Part shown: one piece after another, positions 7,123-9,712 of the stretch
Position numbering within the stretch: position 1 is the first letter of the stretch
Layout of the letters: every line of letters starts with the position of its first letter
IMG/VR virus record: IMGVR_UViG_2778261088_000009
Coordinates: 1 to 9,712 of that record
Origin: a virus
Lineage: Duplodnaviria; Heunggongvirae; Uroviricota; Caudoviricetes
Strand: one strand, 5' to 3'
Length of the DNA stretch: 9,712 nucleotides
Made by a program: the position numbers and the translations under genes
Notes under the pieces: model-generated
What the model was told of the DNA's origin: nothing
Seen by the model: the letters and a program-made list of their open reading frames with translations, nothing else
Databases searched by the model: none

Positions 7123-8471
7123 TAATCACCCCATAAAGACGAGAAACCGGACTTATTGCTGTCGCTTCCTGATTTTCGCTCACTAACATATGTGTCATAA
7201 CCTGATGAACTATATCCCATTGATTCAGCCTCCCTTGCTGCAACCTTTTGAAATACAGAATATTGCGATCGGATTTCAGATAACTGTTTTCTGACGACCT
7301 CTTCAGGCTGTGTTATATCGAGTTTCGCGATCAGGTTTTCCAGTTTTTGGCCTTCAGCATTGGAGAGGCTACCCATACCTCGCATAGTCTGCACGTTCTG
7401 GACAAACGCACCCGACTTTAATTCTTCTATCGCATTACGGTTTGCAAGCCCTTCAGCACTTGTGAAGCCATCTATATTTCTTCCTTCGAAGCGACCGATA
7501 CCTTCAAGCTCCTTCTTACCAAGCAAAGAATCAATTTTCTCTATCCCTCGCTCACCAGTAATCAACGCATTGTTGTAATTATTGTTGCCATCAAGCCATC
7601 TCTTAGCCTGAGACATTCTGGCTGACGTTGCAGCTTTACCGGTTAGAGGATCAATTCCCGTCGCTGCTATCTGTGAGTTAAGAGACAAAACATCCATATC
7701 CTGAAGTTGTCCTGCTCTTTCAAGGCCCGCCTGTGACTGCTTAAACACATACTTGTCGTGATTCAGTCTTGCCATTTGAGCCTTATAGGAAAGATCCTGC
7801 CCCCTAATAGCCCTCGCATTCGTCATGTCATTATTGCGAATGGTTTCGTTAATTCTTTGCTGCTCCTGCTGGCGACCAACCATCTTATCCTGAACAGCAA
7901 ACGCCTTTTCTGGCCCAAGTGCACCGAGAGACATAGTAGTCAGCATGTGTGATAGCTGCTCTGGATTCTGGATACCTGTCTGAATCATCCAGTCAGCATT
8001 CGCCCCCACGCGATTTAACCTGTCCTTGTTGTCAGTAATGAATTTACTGTAGGCTTCCGGCCCCTGAGAAAGAGCGACGTTAGCCCTCATGGCTAAATCG
8101 CCCATATCGTTGCGTTGCTGCTCATTAAGACCGGAAAATGCCTGTTGTGCCTGTGCAACAAACGCTGGATTTTCCTGGGCAAACTTAAATAGTCCCGATG
8201 GATCACCAGAAGCCCATGCATCAGCGTGAACCTTATTGAACGCACTAATAGCTTTCTGTTGCTGTTCCTGATTGTAAATATCAGCAACTCCAGCCAGACC
8301 ACGTAACGCGGTCAGACCAACGTTATTTGCACCTGAGCGAGCCAGTTCATTGTTTTCGCGGATCAGACCAAGCGTTGCGTTAATGTCGCTTGCCTTTGGC
8401 GCATTCTCATTTTGCGTACCGATGCCAGCCAGAAAACCACCAGAATTAATACCCTGTTGCCACGTAGCCAT
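7122..8471 (-). CDS. Hypothetical protein (449 aa), Gln/Asn/Ala-rich; possible virion internal or ejection-type protein
   Basis: Long ORF whose ATG (8469-8471) lies 2 nt after the stop of the gp4-like remnant, with AAGGGG Shine-Dalgarno. Its position after coat and gp4 in a P22-like late operon suggests a virion component. No similarity to P22 gp10 or gp26 as I remember them. Confidence 0.7.
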   Translation of the reverse strand: MATWQQGINSGGFLAGIGTQNENAPKASDINATLGLIRENNELARSGANNVGLTALRGLAGVADIYNQEQQQKAISAFNKVHADAWASGDPSGLFKFAQENPAFVAQAQQAFSGLNEQQRNDMGDLAMRANVALSQGPEAYSKFITDNKDRLNRVGANADWMIQTGIQNPEQLSHMLTTMSLGALGPEKAFAVQDKMVGRQQEQQRINETIRNNDMTNARAIRGQDLSYKAQMARLNHDKYVFKQSQAGLERAGQLQDMDVLSLNSQIAATGIDPLTGKAATSARMSQAKRWLDGNNNYNNALITGERGIEKIDSLLGKKELEGIGRFEGRNIDGFTSAEGLANRNAIEELKSGAFVQNVQTMRGMGSLSNAEGQKLENLIAKLDITQPEEVVRKQLSEIRSQYSVFQKVAAREAESMGYSSSGYDTYVSERKSGSDSNKSGFSSLWGD

Positions 8472-8473
8472 GA

Positions 8474-8719
8474 TTACCCCTTAAAACAACGAGCCAAGCA
8501 GACCAAGACCAGCACCGATAACGGCATGATGCCGTTTTCTGTATCCGCAAACTGATATCCAAGCTCGATACCTTTCGCCTGCCATGCTGCCATCATGTCT
8601 TCGAGGTCATTAATGGCATCTTCAATTGCCTGAGGGTCAGCATCTGTCAACGTGGCATTGGAATACAGCCCGGCTTTTCGTAAAGCCTTTAGAACGAGAT
8701 CACCCTTCGTTTTCGCCAT
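8474..8719 (-). pseudogene. N-terminal remnant of a gp4-like tail accessory (head completion) gene
   Basis: 81-aa ORF. The first ~66 aa ([62 protein letters not shown]) track the P22 gp4 N-terminus as I remember it. The ORF then ends after 18 unrelated residues ([18 protein letters not shown]), whereas P22 gp4 is about 166 aa. The break coincides with a 17-bp palindrome at 8520-8536. Confidence 0.55.
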
Positions 8720-8888
8720 CTTCTTCCGCCTTAGCCACTTTTTGCTTCGTTGCGGTTTCTTCAGGAGTTTTTACCCAACCTTTTTTCAGGTGAGATTTAA
8801 CTTCTTCGTCATCAACAATGATGTAATCGACAGCAAACTGACCACAGGTGATCATGTTGCCAGGCTTATAGAGCATTGTTCGTGCCAT
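8700..8888 (-). CDS. Small hypothetical protein (62 aa from the internal ATG at 8886-8888) between coat and the gp4-like gene
   Basis: ATG at 8886-8888 preceded by GGGAGAAG about 6 nt upstream and located just downstream of the coat terminator hairpin. The track's longer start at 8927 would overlap that hairpin. Codon usage resembles neighbouring genes. Its 3' end overlaps the gp4-like start by 20 nt. Confidence 0.45.
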   Translation of the reverse strand: MARTMLYKPGNMITCGQFAVDYIIVDDEEVKSHLKKGWVKTPEETATKQKVAKAEEDGENEG

Positions 8889-8900
8889 TGTCTTCTCCCA

Positions 8901-8922
8901 ATAAAAATGGGGCCGAAGCCCC
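8901..8922 (-). terminator. Rho-independent (probably partial) terminator immediately after the coat gene
   Basis: On the minus strand: GGGGC-UUCG-GCCCC (5-bp GC stem with UUCG tetraloop; plus-strand 8909-8922) followed by AUUUUUAUU. Begins 8 nt after the coat TAA at 8930-8932. Confidence 0.55.
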
Positions 8923-8929
8923 GCCAAAA

Positions 8930-9712
8930 TTACTGCCCGGCAATAACGATGCCCGTATATTCAGGAACAAGTACAGAGCAACCATACAGAGTGGTGAAAC
9001 GAGCAGTGGTTACGCCTTTGATGTGGTCGAAGGCGTAAGACATGATCAGCGTAGCGCCCTGCTCGGTGGTTGCTGTCATTACCTGTGGACCCTGACCAGT
9101 CGGGAACGCCAGTTTGCCGTACATCAGCTCAACAGAACCATCAGCCCAGAACAGGTTAGCCGGTGCGGCATTTTTGTTGAGAATGGTAATTGCTGCACCA
9201 TTTGCCGCGTTAGCATCAACGTTTGCATATGGTCGGCTGGCGACATCCGCGTTGTCAGGCGGCAGAATTTTCGGGGAGATAGTTACTGTCGTTCCGCTTA
9301 CTGCCAGAACGCGGAATACCTGCGGCTGCCCGGTGGTGTCTTTGGTGATCTGGTGTACAGAATTCACGCCAGCAATGGTGAACGCATCGCCAACCTGCAA
9401 CCCAGATGCAGATACCGTAATAGTCCCCTGTCGGTTATCCACTGGCATATCGTTGGCATCTTTCGCTTCAACCTTGTGCGCAGGTTCAGCCGCCAGCGTC
9501 AGGGAAGTTGCTGTACCCTTCGGAACACGACCAGAAATATCCGTCTTGTAGCTATCGAAGGACGCAACCGGAGGGATCTGCGCTTTTTCGTATGCTGTCA
9601 GGGTTGCGCCCTGAGCATAGGCACGGTGACCAAGCTCGCCAGCAAGGTCTTTGTAGTTGAAGGGGTTCCAGAAAGAGCGGCGGTTGATACCCTGTGGTAT
9701 CGGCCTTGGCAC
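8930..9712 (-). CDS. Major capsid (coat) protein, P22 gp5-like, 5'-truncated by the window edge (C-terminal ~260 aa present)
   Basis: The ORF runs off the right edge; the leading 'M' in the track is a GTG at the window boundary, not a start. Translation aligns by eye with the C-terminal ~260 aa of P22 coat as I remember it (SFWNPFNYKDLAG vs SYFFNPQDYKKAG; RPYANVDANAANGAAITILNKNAAPANLFWADGS vs [34 protein letters not shown]). Confidence 0.9.
   Translation of the reverse strand: MPRPIPQGINRRSFWNPFNYKDLAGELGHRAYAQGATLTAYEKAQIPPVASFDSYKTDISGRVPKGTATSLTLAAEPAHKVEAKDANDMPVDNRQGTITVSASGLQVGDAFTIAGVNSVHQITKDTTGQPQVFRVLAVSGTTVTISPKILPPDNADVASRPYANVDANAANGAAITILNKNAAPANLFWADGSVELMYGKLAFPTGQGPQVMTATTEQGATLIMSYAFDHIKGVTTARFTTLYGCSVLVPEYTGIVIAGQ

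Noticed and set aside
8474-8560. Alternative-frame minus-strand peptide ending in a hydrophobic Gly-zipper-like tail (...[19 protein letters not shown]) across the gp4 breakpoint
   Set aside because: Only about 36 codons, overlaps the gp4-like frame, no supporting ribosome-binding site; most likely chance.
6549-9551. Plus-strand ORFs antisense to the late operon (6549-6800, 6721-6933, 7360-7578, 7758-7952, 8652-9038, 9114-9551) and short minus-strand ORFs nested in other frames (6561-6806, 8093-8302)
   Set aside because: Embedded in or antisense to longer ORFs with coupling and homology support; no independent signals.
1-9712. CRISPR arrays, tRNA/rRNA genes, insertion sequences
   Set aside because: No regularly spaced repeat array, no tRNA-like cloverleaf sequence, and no transposase-like ORF or terminal inverted repeats were seen on either strand.

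Overview
This window reads as the integrase-proximal arm of a P22-like (short-tailed, lambdoid) enterobacterial prophage, probably degraded or mosaic. Left to right: a complete P4-family tyrosine integrase starting at base 1; an AT-rich XAT-class hexapeptide acetyltransferase 'moron'; a convergent 811-aa mosaic tailspike gene; a variable slot with a divergently transcribed gene pair around palindromic operator-like repeats; and a minus-strand late operon containing a 5'-truncated P22-like coat gene, a small ORF, an N-terminal remnant of a gp4-like tail-accessory gene, and three translationally coupled genes of unknown function. No tRNA, rRNA or CRISPR array was seen. All homology statements rest on my reading of the translated ORFs against remembered P22 and XAT-family sequences; none was checked by a database search. 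The two candidates I would follow up first are the acetyltransferase moron and the divergent gene pair in the immunity-region slot.
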